NCBI GenBank assembly: GCA_000004985.1
Contig: GG738928.1
Length of the DNA stretch: 64,000 nucleotides
Strand: one strand, 5' to 3'
Source of the DNA: Naegleria gruberi
Taxonomy: Eukaryota
Position 1 is the stretch's first letter; the number at the start of each line of letters is the position of its first letter. Shown in pieces: positions 20,829 through 31,551 of the stretch. The translations under genes were made by a program, and so were the position numbers. Under the pieces are notes generated by a model that saw only the letters and a list, made by a program, of their open reading frames with translations, had not been told where the DNA came from and made no database searches.

Positions 20829-21270
20829 TCTTTTGCCAAGTTTTTGAATTTGACCTTATTCCAGGAAGTATGTGTGCTACCTAAACGCATCACTTCCTTT
20901 CAACAATGACCGAAAATACCATGCAAAATGATGATGTACATCAAAGAAACTTCAATTTTTTCACATCAATATTGGCGCCATAAACAATAAACTTTTATTC
21001 TCCCAGACACCTGATTTGCTTGTCAATCAAATCTAACAAAAAATCCATCAATCGAAACACTTCAATTCATTGTAAAGTGATTGACAGGTTCGGAGGTTAC
21101 ATCCTTGACTTCAACGAACACTTAGCAGCATCATCTTTGCACACACCACGTCTCAACCAACTTTTGCACAAACCCATCACACAACTTGTCAACCTGCACG
21201 TCAGTTGTTTAAATTTTTCACACCAATCAACTCTTTCAAAAAAAACAAAAACACAAAACAATCAATACAA

Positions 21271-21687
21271 ATGGCCGGTGTCCCAATCCACGATGATGTT
21301 GTCGGTGACTTCAACGCAATGAAATTGAAGAAGGAATCCCAAGCTATCAAGTTTGGTATGACTGCCAAGTTGGATCAAGTTGTCGTTGTTGAAAAGCTTG
21401 CCTATGGTACTTCATATGATGATTTCATCAACTCCTTGCCAGATAACGACTGTTTGTATGCCGTCGTTGACTTCCACTACGATAACGAAGATGGTCACAG
21501 ACAAAAGATGATCTTTATCAATTGGGCTCCAGTCAAGGCTCCAATCAAGAAAAAGATGGTCTATGCTGCTACTAAACAATCTGTTAAGGATAAGTTGGTT
21601 GGTATCTCCTTGGAAATTCAAGCTACCGATAAGTCAGAAGTTGAAGCTTCCGTTGTCATTGAAAGATGTAACGCCATCTCCAAGTAA
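21271..21687 (+). CDS. COF1-like: Cofilin / actin-depolymerizing factor (actophorin-like)
   Basis: 139 aa. 'LPDNDCLYAVVDFHY...KMIFINWAPVKAPIKKKMVYAATKQSVKDKLVGISLEIQATD' matches yeast Cof1 and Acanthamoeba actophorin closely. Confidence 0.85.
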   Translation: MAGVPIHDDVVGDFNAMKLKKESQAIKFGMTAKLDQVVVVEKLAYGTSYDDFINSLPDNDCLYAVVDFHYDNEDGHRQKMIFINWAPVKAPIKKKMVYAATKQSVKDKLVGISLEIQATDKSEVEASVVIERCNAISK

Positions 21688-21897
21688 ATTTTTTCTACTA
21701 CTAAAAAACAACAACACTAAAGTAAAAACACACGAGAGATTTTGTATCATAATTAGTATATGTTAAATTGTTGTTCTTCTATCTCGATGTCATCATTCGT
21801 AAAAGAATTTATGTAAAAATTAGCAAATTTTTGGTATTATTTAATTTTTAATGAATGAGCTACGTAAAATCACCTTATTATATTAGATTAAGTGTAA

Positions 21898-21969
21898 GGG
21901 ACCATGGTCTAGTGGTATGATTCTCGCTTTGGGTGCGAGAGGCCGTGGGTTCGATTCCCACTGGTCCCC
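21898..21969 (+). tRNA. tRNA-Pro (TGG)
   Basis: GGGACCATGGTCTAGTGGTATGATTCTCGCTTTGGGTGCGAGAGGCCGTGGGTTCGATTCCCACTGGTCCCC. The anticodon loop is TTTGGGT, and the sequence matches the canonical eukaryotic tRNA-Pro. Confidence 0.9.
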
Positions 21970-22527
21970 ATTTCCTTTTACATCTCATTCACTTGTTGTA
22001 ATTATTCAATTCTGTTTTAATTTGTTCAACCCTACATTCAAATCTATCCCAGGAGTGAAATTTCCTTTTGCCTTAAATCTAAATCTCTTGACCTTTCTTT
22101 TCAAAATTATCAAAAAAAATAATCATGCGTTTCTACCCTGCACAAACCACAACCGAAACAGCAGAACAAAAGAGAGAACGCTTGGAACGAGCCAGTAAGG
22201 TTGCAATGACTCTGTTCATTGAAGAGATGCGATCAAATTCAAAGCCGAAATTGGTGCCGCTGAAGAAATGAAACATTTGTTATTCATCAGAAAATAAACA
22301 GAAGCTCCATGTGAGATTGGTGTGGTAGCCTTAGTTAATTAACAAAAGACGTTCTAAAGCCACTCCGGCTTGGTAACTCCTTACAAACAGTCGTCAATCG
22401 TCTTTATCATCTTCCAAATTCTCGCAGGCCATTTCCTTTACCTTCTTCTTACTGTTGAAATGGTATTCCATCTGATTACATTTCTTGATAGCATTGGATT
22501 CAGCAATACGCAACTCATCTATATTTC

Positions 22528-22546
22528 TCGATTCCCACTGGTCCCC
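22528..22546 (+). repeat. 19-nt exact copy of the 3' end of tRNA-Pro (tcgattcccactggtcccc)
   Basis: Identical to 21951..21969 (T-loop 3' half, acceptor 3' strand and discriminator). It lies 577 bp downstream of the tRNA-Pro gene in the same orientation. Confidence 0.6.
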
Positions 22547-22560
22547 TTCTATTTTAATTT

Positions 22561-23520
22561 ATGTATACTCTCTTAAAAAATCAATTTGTGGCATCAGATC
22601 AATATTTGAAAAAAATGCCACTAACCAAGCTTGACGTAGTGATTGAATTATTTCAAACTGAAGTTTCGTTTATTCAGCATGTGCAACAGGCAGCTATGTC
22701 GACCGATAAATCACGCTACAATCAATTCTACAATTCACATTTACAAAAGTTTCTAAATTTCGTCTCACCAAACTCTCAATTAGTTTCCCAATATTCTAAA
22801 ATAATCAATTCCGATAATTATCAATTTTTATTAGAAGAATTCACTTTAAATTTTATCAAAGTACTAAACAGTGACGATTTCCTCTCTACTTACATTGTTC
22901 TTTGTCAATTCGAATTGAGAAAGGAATCGGCATGTTATTTTTGTGGACGAATGCCAAGATATAAATTGATATTTGATGAATTTTTGAAAAGGGAATCAGA
23001 TGAGCAGATCAAGATTAGAATCATTAATCCAATTTTGGAAAAATTAAAGGAAATTTGTACAATAATCAATTTAAACTTTGGAATTATTTCAATGTTGAAT
23101 GTGAAGGAAACCAAGTTTTTTCAAATTGAAACTCTGATTTATGAATTGGTGATTTTGGATGTGAATTTCAATATTAACAAGTACATTTTTGGGAAGTTGA
23201 TTTACAAGAAGAGAAAATTAGAACATGGAATGATTTATATTCCCATTAATAGTAATCAACTCATCTTGTTGACAGTAAATGGTCCAATTGACCAGCTTTC
23301 TTCAATTCATTCAGCAGTTGATTTTGGAAATGAAGGAAAAATTGTATATTCCAAATATTCAATTTACAAAATTATTGACCTAATGAAATGTGAAATTTCC
23401 TACAAAGAGGAAGGAATTGAAATCAAGACAAAATCAAAAACAATTACAATGAACTTGAATTTATTCGATTCCAAGATTAATATTTGGAAATTGATGTGTT
23501 TGAGGAGATTTAAATTGTAA
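22561..23520 (+). CDS. Hypothetical Asn/Lys-rich protein, possible DH-PH (RhoGEF-like) fold; upstream exons possible
   Basis: 'KLDVVIELFQTEVSFIQHVQQ' resembles the start of a Dbl-homology domain. The assignment is weak. Confidence 0.3.
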   Translation: MYTLLKNQFVASDQYLKKMPLTKLDVVIELFQTEVSFIQHVQQAAMSTDKSRYNQFYNSHLQKFLNFVSPNSQLVSQYSKIINSDNYQFLLEEFTLNFIKVLNSDDFLSTYIVLCQFELRKESACYFCGRMPRYKLIFDEFLKRESDEQIKIRIINPILEKLKEICTIINLNFGIISMLNVKETKFFQIETLIYELVILDVNFNINKYIFGKLIYKKRKLEHGMIYIPINSNQLILLTVNGPIDQLSSIHSAVDFGNEGKIVYSKYSIYKIIDLMKCEISYKEEGIEIKTKSKTITMNLNLFDSKINIWKLMCLRRFKL

Positions 23521-23602
23521 ATTATTATCACTATTGTACTCTTTAAATTGTATTTAAAATTGGCGGGAACCAATTCTAATTCATGTTCCAAATACAAAAA
23601 AA

Positions 23603-24598
23603 ATGTATGACGATGAAAAAGTAACTGCCCTAGATAATTATCAGAGAGGTTCTTATCAAGGAGTTTCGCAAAGGTTTGTATTTAATATTTAAATTATTTA
23701 AATTGATGATGAATTGATGATGGAAAAAACTGATTCCGATCGGAATGAATCATTTGCATGATACAGTGATGAAACCAATGATAAATTGAGTAAAGATACT
23801 TTGGAAATTATTGAATCTTATAATTCTGTAAATAATTCATTCACTCACACTTCTCCGATTCGTATGTATTGAATAATTATACAAGTTTGAAAATATATTA
23901 ATTATTCTCTCATATTGTTCAAATATTAGCTGAGGGAAAGGTAATTCTTGTGGGAGAGACAATGGTCGGAAAAACATGTTTATTCGTTAGGATTACAAAG
24001 AATGTTTTTGGAAGTAATTATAGACCTACAATAGGAATGGATTTTAATATTAAGAAATATAAAATATATGATATACCATTTTCATTGGTATTGTGGGATA
24101 CTGCAGGTCAAGAGAGATTTAAGAGGTAGGTTTGTCACAATTCACACAATTTGATTTATTTAAATGGAAAATAGTCTTTCGACATCCTATCACAGAGGAG
24201 CTAGTGCTTGCATTTTAACATTTGATCTTAATGCTCCAGACACCTTACATGCTGTCAGGGGATGGTACAATCAAGTGAAAACACATGCTGAGGAACCAAA
24301 TATCAAGTGGTATCTCGTGGGAACAAAATGTGACTTGGTGAAACATGTTGATGAAGTGGAAGTTAAACAATTGGCTGAGGAATTGAAGGCAGAATATTGG
24401 GAAGTTTCATCTAAGGAAGGAATTAATGTTGATAAATTATTTAATAGAATTGCCTTTGTTGCTTGGAAGGATAAATTGATAAAGTGGAATGATAGTAACA
24501 CTTCAACAAATACCATTCCTTCAAAACCTAAGGTAGATATTCAAAAGCCAACTCAGGATGGAACATCTCAAACGAACAACTCTAAATGTAATTGCTAA
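23603..24598 (+). CDS. Rab-family small GTPase, 4 exons: join(23603..23673,23767..23861,23930..24125,24175..24598)
   Basis: Motifs are G1 'GETMVGKT', RabF-like 'YRPTIGMDF', G3 'WDTAGQERF', 'SYHRGAS', G4 'GTKCD', G5 'SSK', and a C-terminal 'CNC' prenylation motif. Introns of 93, 68 and 49 bp have GT..AG boundaries and consistent phases. The splice after 'ERFK' restores the 'ERFKSLSTSYHRGA' switch II. Confidence 0.7.
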
Positions 24599-24825
24599 AA
24601 CAAGCAATTCAAATAATTATTGAAAATAATGTAAATTAACTTATTCACGACTTGAGCACTTTCAAATAAAACTAGTGTGTTTATAATGATTCCCAGAATA
24701 CTATCGTTTGGTATTTTCTAATCTTTCAATTTAAATTCATGAAATAATCAATTTACAATCACAGTTCATCCAAGCTTGCAATACAGAACGACGATTTCCA
24801 ATAAGGTTAGTAATAATACTATAAA

Positions 24826-26340
24826 TTAATCTAATTTGCTTGTTCTCTTTGTTAATCCTTCTCTCCATTCATCCATACTCTTTACAATTTGTACAGAGGT
24901 TCTTTCCATCCAACTCTCCTTCTTTGGTGCAAAGAAACCATCAAGAGAGGCAATGTGACCACCACGAGTAGTTGTGACAAGCATCAACTTGTCATAATTC
25001 ACAAAGGCCTCGAAAGGAATGGAAGAATATGTTGAAATTGGATCATCAAGAGCATTTAAACAAATAGTTGGGACTGTAATCTTCTTCATCTTATTACCAG
25101 AACTGTGGAATTCATAAAACTTTTCCACATTTTCAAATTTACCTTCACAGAGTGGTCTATTAATCTTATCATCGACATCTCTGGTAGTACGAAGAGTTGG
25201 TAAGAGTTTGATATAATCTTCTGGAAGCAATTCCTTATTCTTCTCATATAATTCAATACGTTCCTTGGCATAGGCCCTATCGTATATCATTCTTTGGAAA
25301 ATGTTTGATTGAAGAGCAAGAGTAGCAGCATTCAAATCGAATGGATTACCAATTGAAATTGCATAGGCAAATTCATTTCTCGATTCATCGCCATCATCAT
25401 TAGGAAGATGAATATGATGGTCCTTCAACTTTTTAGCTCCTTGTTTCTTTGGAGCATCCTTTCCAACATGTTCCGATAGATAGGTTAACAGAGTATTAGC
25501 TCCGAGACTGAAACCAACACCAACCAATGTTTCATCCTTTCCAACTTCCTTTCTAACCAATTGAATAACATTTCTAATATCCTTCACAGTGTGAGTCAAT
25601 CCAGGAATTACCTTGGTAGTTTGATTTGTGGATTTTGGCTTATCCAAATCAATTGGATCCAAGTCACCAACAATCGGAGGCAAAGTATGATGACCATGTT
25701 GAATAGTGGATGATTCATTCGATGTAGTCTTGTAATCCATAACAACACATCTGTATCCAGCCTTCACAAACGAACTAATTAAATGTTTAACTCCTACAGC
25801 ACCTGTTCCTCCAGATAAACCAGGAAGAATAAAGATTGTTGTCTTTTTCCTTTCGGATTGTTGTCCAGTAGTAGCAGCAGCAGCACCACCATCAGATGAT
25901 GAATTTGTTGTTGTTGTATTAGCAGGTTCAAACCAATCCAAATTAATAGTTGCTCCATCTTCAAATTCATATTGATTTCTCTTCTTCTTGAAAAGTGCTT
26001 CATCCTGATCATCAATAATGTGTCTACAGGCTGCTCCATATATTGTCTGAGCATGGGTATTGATTAACCACGGAGTTGGACAGAATCTCCTATTAAAATT
26101 CTCTACACTTCTCTTTAAATGTTCTTGAAAAGCATCGGCATTATGAATTGCTTTAGGATGATAAATCCAAGGCTTTTGGCACAATACAAAAGTATAATAT
26201 CCAGCAAATCCTATACATGCCCATTTAAATAGCTTGGATTTGGAGTGTCTTTTGAAGAAACTTTCCCTCTTCTTTTTTCTGAATTCATTATAAAACTCTT
26301 GTTTGTTAGAGTTTGAATCATTGTTTGATGATGAAGACAT
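24826..26340 (-). CDS. Alpha/beta-hydrolase, ABHD1/ABHD3 (YheT/EMB8)-like
   Basis: 504-aa ORF with the nucleophile elbow 'VGVGFSLGANTL' (GxSxG) and an N-terminal hydrophobic segment. The domain layout resembles abhydrolase domain-containing protein 1/3. Confidence 0.7.
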   Translation of the reverse strand: MSSSSNNDSNSNKQEFYNEFRKKKRESFFKRHSKSKLFKWACIGFAGYYTFVLCQKPWIYHPKAIHNADAFQEHLKRSVENFNRRFCPTPWLINTHAQTIYGAACRHIIDDQDEALFKKKRNQYEFEDGATINLDWFEPANTTTTNSSSDGGAAAATTGQQSERKKTTIFILPGLSGGTGAVGVKHLISSFVKAGYRCVVMDYKTTSNESSTIQHGHHTLPPIVGDLDPIDLDKPKSTNQTTKVIPGLTHTVKDIRNVIQLVRKEVGKDETLVGVGFSLGANTLLTYLSEHVGKDAPKKQGAKKLKDHHIHLPNDDGDESRNEFAYAISIGNPFDLNAATLALQSNIFQRMIYDRAYAKERIELYEKNKELLPEDYIKLLPTLRTTRDVDDKINRPLCEGKFENVEKFYEFHSSGNKMKKITVPTICLNALDDPISTYSSIPFEAFVNYDKLMLVTTTRGGHIASLDGFFAPKKESWMERTSVQIVKSMDEWREGLTKRTSKLD

Positions 26341-26430
26341 TTTTTCCGATGATTAAATTTTTTTCCATGTACAAATGTGGATTAAGCTTAATCCAAACTG
26401 TTAAACTTTCAAAATTTGTAATTAAAAGAT

Positions 26431-26504
26431 TGCCTCCCTTGGGAATCGAACCCAAGACCTCTGTCTTACTAGGACAGCGCTACTGCCAACTGAGCTAGGA
26501 AGGC
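26431..26504 (-). tRNA. tRNA-Thr (AGT)
   Basis: Reverse complement reads GCCTTCCTAGCTCAGTTGGCAGTAGCGCTGTCCTAGTAAGACAGAGGTCTTGGGTTCGATTCCCAAGGGAGGCA. The anticodon loop CTAGTAA gives anticodon AGT. Confidence 0.85.
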
Positions 26505-27095
26505 TTACATCAAATGTAAAATTATTATTAACGCAGATTACCAACCTCATTGAAAACTTCTCCTCTGTTATCAAAACTGAGTATACAGTGCAACCAACAA
26601 GTGAGAAAAAGAAGCCAGTTGTCACTTTTTTGATTGACCAGCCATTATTGAATCCAGTGGTTATATTGCTTCTTTGAAGCTTCATTGTGATACTAAGCAA
26701 AAAGCATAATAGGAAGTGCTTTTTTAATAATACATATATAGACTTTCGAATAAATAGTTAGTAGCATTCACTGGCAGGTAACCTTCTAGTATGGTCAATC
26801 AACGAAGAGAAGAAGTTTACAATAATTTGATACAATCCAATATTACTCAGCATTTAATACACAGCAACCGTTTTACAATTGCATAATTCGATCATTTTTC
26901 AATTAATATTGGAAATCGGTAATGAAAGAAACGAACATTTCACACTCGGTTGACCTGTGTTATCCAGCAATTTTTGTTGACAAGTTGTGTGAACTGGAAG
27001 GAAGTGTCGCGAACCATTTAAACCTTTCGGAGGTATGAAAGGTTTAGTTGACTAACAAATTGGCAAACTAACCGAAAAAAAAGTCAAATCAAACA

Positions 27096-29594
27096 ATGTT
27101 TGAGAAATATAAATCTCACGTATTGGTAATTGTGTTGTTGGCCATTCTATGTGTTTCCAATACTTTGTTTTTGACACATGTTAAAGCTGCCACTCGACCA
27201 GCTCCTTTCGTTGGTGTCAATACAGCTGCAGGAACTAATTCAGTTGGAGATGGTCTTCCACCTGATGGTGCCACATATGTAAGACCAGTCAGTGTAAAGA
27301 TTGCTCAAAATGGTGATGTTTTCATTGCTGACCATGATCATTACACCATTCGTAAAGTTTCAAATGGAAAGGTTTCGACCATTGCTGGTAAAAATCTTGT
27401 ACAAGGTGATTCAGGAGATGGCACATTAGCTGCTAATGCTCTATTATCTGGTCCATCAGATCTCCTTCTTACAAGCTCTGGTGAATTACTCTTCATGGAT
27501 GGTGGTCCAAGGCTTAAAAAGATTGACAAGAATGGATTTCTGACGTGTCTTGCAGGAAATGGCTCTGAAATTCTTCCAGATGGTTTTCCAGCAAAAGATA
27601 CAAGATTCACTTCTATTGCTTCTATTGCACAACATCCAGTGACTGGTGAGATTTACTTGTCAGAAACTGGTAATCATACCATTAGACGAATCTCAACTAA
27701 TGGAAATGTTTATACAGTTGCAGGAACAGGTGAATTTGGATTCAGTGGAGATGGCGGTCCAGCTTTCGACGCCCAATTATTCTTTCCAAGTAGTATTGCT
27801 TTCAATAATGGAGGAGAATTGTTTATTTCAGATTTAGGTAATAATCGTATTCGAAAGATTGACAAAAATGGAATAATCTCAACAATTATAGGTGGTAGTA
27901 AAGGATATTCTGGAGATGAAGGCAATGCTGCTGATGCCATGATAGATGGTCCATATAGTTTAGCCTTCCATCCTGTCAGTGGTGATTTGACTTTTGTTGA
28001 CATTAACAATTACAGAATTCGAAAGATTTCTAATAAGGGAATAATTTCAACAATTGCTGGAAATGGTGAAAAGGGATCAATTGGCGATGGTGGTTCAGCA
28101 CTTAATGCACAAATTTATTATAGTGTTTCAATTTCATTTAGTCCAAATGGTGAACTATATATTGCAAACGAATGGAACAATAGAATTAGAAAGATTTCAT
28201 TATCTGGAATTATTTCAACCTATTCTGGTGGTACATTCGGTGATGGGTATGATGCTTCAAGTTGGGGTGTTTTGTTTTTACCTCAAGGTGTTTCCATTAC
28301 TCCAAACGGTGATGTGTTAATTGCTGATTCGAAACATGCACTTATTAGAAAGCTTTCTAATGGAGTTCTTTCAACAATTTACACCAAAACTGAGTTGAGA
28401 AATCCAACTTCTGCCATTATGAGACCTAATGGTGATATTTACTTTGCTGATCAGGATGAAAATAGGATTCGTAAGATTTCGGCAACAGACGGAACAGTTT
28501 CCATTATTGCAGGCAATGGAGCTACCTCTGGTTTTGAATCAGATGGAGTATTAGCACTTGATGCCACAATTGCCTCACTAGGCACCTTTGATTTCAATTC
28601 TAAAGGTGAAATTTTATTCACCGATTTGGAAAATCAAAGAATTCGTAAAGTTGCCTTAAATGGAAGTGTTTTAACAGTTGCTGGATTTAGTGCTGGTATT
28701 AATGGAACAATTGCTCCTTCCTATAGTGGAGATGGTGGATTGGCTACTCAAGCTGGTCTTAATAGTCCTTATGGAATTGTTGTCACTCCATCAGATGAAA
28801 TTTATTTGGTTGACAAGGGAAATTTCAGAATTCGTAAAATTTTGACAAATGGCACAATTATTACAGTTGCAGGAACTGGTACGCAAGGATTTTTAGGAGA
28901 TGGAGGTTTGGCCACCGCTGCAAGAATAAATCCAAGAGGTGGACTTGCAGTTTCGTCTAAGGGCGACATTTACTTTACTGACAATTACAGAATTCGAAAG
29001 GTGTTTGCAAATGGAAAGATTACAACTCTTGGTGGATTTTCATATGGTGGATTCTCTGGTGATGGTACTTTGGCAACTAATGGTGTATTTGATGCTCCAT
29101 TAGGAATTGCAGTTGACTCAAATGATAATGTCTTTATTGCAGATGTCAATAATGACAGAATTAGAAAGATTGGAAATATGTGTGCAGCTCCATATGTTGT
29201 TTCTGGATCTGAATGCATTCCAGTTTGTTATGGAATTAATTCGAATAATGTTTCGAGTGTTTGTTCTGGACGCGGTTCTTGTAATGATCCAAACAATTGC
29301 ACCTGTCAAGCAAATTATTATGGAAATAATTGTGAATTATTCAAATGCAAGGGAATTGCCAGTACTGATTCATCAGTTTGTTCAGGAAGTGGTCAATGTA
29401 TTGCTCACGATACTTGTAAATGCAGTGGAAAGGCTTATGGAGCTAATTGTGAGTTAGTTCTTGCTATTTCGAATGTCAATAGTGGAAAGGTTATTCCTAA
29501 AAACACTCTTTCTGATAGATTGAACGATGGCGTTTCAGTTTCCATTTCTCTATTGAGTATTATTATTTTCAGTATTATTCTATTGTTACATTAA
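27096..29594 (+). CDS. Secreted/surface NHL-repeat protein with three C-terminal EGF-like modules and hydrophobic C-terminal tail (GPI-anchor- or TM-like)
   Basis: It has a signal peptide 'HVLVIVLLAILCVSNTLF' and more than 10 NHL-type repeats (x-Y/F-IAD..N.RIRKI). Three Cys-rich EGF-like units are 'CSGRGSCNDPNNCTCQANYYGNNCE' and similar. The hydrophobic end is 'ISLLSIIIFSIILLLH'. Confidence 0.75.
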   Translation: MFEKYKSHVLVIVLLAILCVSNTLFLTHVKAATRPAPFVGVNTAAGTNSVGDGLPPDGATYVRPVSVKIAQNGDVFIADHDHYTIRKVSNGKVSTIAGKNLVQGDSGDGTLAANALLSGPSDLLLTSSGELLFMDGGPRLKKIDKNGFLTCLAGNGSEILPDGFPAKDTRFTSIASIAQHPVTGEIYLSETGNHTIRRISTNGNVYTVAGTGEFGFSGDGGPAFDAQLFFPSSIAFNNGGELFISDLGNNRIRKIDKNGIISTIIGGSKGYSGDEGNAADAMIDGPYSLAFHPVSGDLTFVDINNYRIRKISNKGIISTIAGNGEKGSIGDGGSALNAQIYYSVSISFSPNGELYIANEWNNRIRKISLSGIISTYSGGTFGDGYDASSWGVLFLPQGVSITPNGDVLIADSKHALIRKLSNGVLSTIYTKTELRNPTSAIMRPNGDIYFADQDENRIRKISATDGTVSIIAGNGATSGFESDGVLALDATIASLGTFDFNSKGEILFTDLENQRIRKVALNGSVLTVAGFSAGINGTIAPSYSGDGGLATQAGLNSPYGIVVTPSDEIYLVDKGNFRIRKILTNGTIITVAGTGTQGFLGDGGLATAARINPRGGLAVSSKGDIYFTDNYRIRKVFANGKITTLGGFSYGGFSGDGTLATNGVFDAPLGIAVDSNDNVFIADVNNDRIRKIGNMCAAPYVVSGSECIPVCYGINSNNVSSVCSGRGSCNDPNNCTCQANYYGNNCELFKCKGIASTDSSVCSGSGQCIAHDTCKCSGKAYGANCELVLAISNVNSGKVIPKNTLSDRLNDGVSVSISLLSIIIFSIILLLH

Positions 29595-29664
29595 TCAACT
29601 TTCACTATTAAGGAAACTTTACAACAATCTTTAGAATAAAAAATTATCCATTCTATTACTACCA

Positions 29665-30081
29665 CTACTTTTTGATACACTGTGTATTCTTCTTTATGTT
29701 ATGACAAGAACAGCTACAGACAACACCAGCTCGCTGACAAGGACACTTCTTTGTCTTGCAAGCTCCAACACAGTCACACCCTTTCGAATCAAAAAAAACT
29801 CCAGCAACTGCTGTTGCTTGGTTTCGTCTTGAGAATTTATCTGTGTTTCTTCAACTTGCTCTTCATCTACTTCCTCACCCAAATTGCTATCATCCATACT
29901 CGTCGATTTTCTTCTCCAGTTCCTTGAATTTGCGATTACAAATCCAATCACCCAATTTAATATTCTTCTTGAAAAGTTTAATAGCATAGTATGTTCCAAT
30001 TTCATTCAAACTAAATCCTCTTACCCATCCAGATGGTCCGTGAGCAACATTATGATAGGCACATTTAATATTCCGTGGCAT
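29665..30081 (-). CDS. Small Cys-rich protein, 2 exons: join(29665..29827,29900..30081)
   Basis: Exon 1 encodes 'MPRNIKCAYHNVAHGPSGW...KFKELEKKIDE'. A 72-bp GTATGG...CAAG intron precedes exon 2, which encodes 'GCDCVGACKTKKCPCQRAGVVCSCSCHNIKKNTQC'. Phases are consistent, but the model is tentative. Confidence 0.3.
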
Positions 30082-30420
30082 GCAGTGGCCTCATGGTGTG
30101 AATGAAAATATTAGTGCATTTTTTTTTTGTACAGTGATTGTAAAATAATCTCTTGATTTGGTCAAATTCTGAAATAATAAATCAAATGATAACAAGTTAA
30201 AGATTACAACATGAATGATACTTTCACATGTTGCCAAATTGAGAAAGAGAAGAACTGAACGATTGAGACAAGTTAAACAGATGGAAAGTCCAGTAAAAAC
30301 CTCATATCCATACCTACCTAATTGAAATCCTCAAGTATTTGTTGCCAGCAAACATAAAAATTATCAACCTCCTTAATTGTCTCTTTCAATTCCATTTTAA
30401 AAGTAAAAACTCGAAAAAAA

Positions 30421-31509
30421 ATGGAACAAAACATCATTCTCGATACCGATGTAGGATTTGATGATGTTTTTGCCCTGTGTTTGCTGTTGTGGAAGATGAG
30501 TAGTAGTGGTGGTGGTGGTGATGATGATGATAGAAAGATGATGAATTTGAGAGCAGTATCAACAGTGAAGGGTTTGCAATTGGACACCAATCACGCTGCT
30601 AGAATTGTAGAAAGGATATTAAATTCATGTTCCGATTTGATTGTTGGTGATGATGATCATAAATTTTCATCATTAAATATTGATCCAGTGTCATCCATCA
30701 AGATTTTCAGTGGAAGTCAAGAACGGATACTACCAGAACATGGTCATTGTTTTAGTGAAGGAGAATGGTTTACGAAGGAATATCAATATAAAACTGATAA
30801 TATGGCTGACTTGTTGGAAGCATTACCTTTGCTAAATTCGAATAAGGAGTATGAGAAATTGAATGACATGTTAGAATGGATGAAATCATTCCCTGATCAA
30901 TATTTCACTCTGTTATGCACTGGACCTCTGACTAACATTGCAAAATTATTGGAAATGGATAGAGAATTAATATTGAGGAAGGTTGGAAAACTTGTAATTA
31001 TGGGAGGTTCATTATTTAATGAACTGGAGCAGGATGTTTTACTGAATGGAAGTGAATGGAATTTCTATTGTGATGGAAAGGCAGCCGAAATTGTATTAGA
31101 GGCATTTGGAACAAAGGTCGAGTTGATGAGTATTTATGTGGCCAACTTGAGGGTTCTTAATCAAGAACAGATTAAGGAATTAGCAAGTCATGTCCACTCT
31201 GATAGAGCTGTTCAGCAAGATGAACTGGAACCAATACGAAGAATGCTCAAAAAGCTTCTCACCATTTCATTTGATTCGTATGCCTATGATCCTGTAGCTG
31301 CAACCTATCTATTCAATCCATCATTCTTTGAAATGAGAAATGTAAAGGTAAAAGTTTATTCCGAGAAACCTCTCGAAGGATTAATCAAAGAGGTGGAATA
31401 TTTAAAAACTGACCTCGAAAGAAATAGTGGCAAGGAAGTTGAAATTACAGCTGCTTGCGGATTCAATAGAGATGCGTTCTTTGAAATGCTCAAATCTCTA
31501 ATCGCTTAA
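30421..31509 (+). CDS. Inosine-uridine preferring nucleoside hydrolase (IUNH family)
   Basis: The N-terminal hallmark 'IILDTDVGFDDVFAL' fits the DxDxxxDD aspartate cluster. The length is 362 aa. Confidence 0.8.
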   Translation: MEQNIILDTDVGFDDVFALCLLLWKMSSSGGGGDDDDRKMMNLRAVSTVKGLQLDTNHAARIVERILNSCSDLIVGDDDHKFSSLNIDPVSSIKIFSGSQERILPEHGHCFSEGEWFTKEYQYKTDNMADLLEALPLLNSNKEYEKLNDMLEWMKSFPDQYFTLLCTGPLTNIAKLLEMDRELILRKVGKLVIMGGSLFNELEQDVLLNGSEWNFYCDGKAAEIVLEAFGTKVELMSIYVANLRVLNQEQIKELASHVHSDRAVQQDELEPIRRMLKKLLTISFDSYAYDPVAATYLFNPSFFEMRNVKVKVYSEKPLEGLIKEVEYLKTDLERNSGKEVEITAACGFNRDAFFEMLKSLIA

Positions 31510-31551
31510 ATTATTAAAACAATTTTCTGAAATGACATTCTACAATCCATT

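Noticed and set aside
21898-22546. Intact integrated mobile element at tRNA-Pro
   Set aside because: The 19-nt tRNA 3' duplicate is real, but the 560-bp interval has no integrase, recombinase or terminal inverted repeats. Only a relic or footprint can be claimed.
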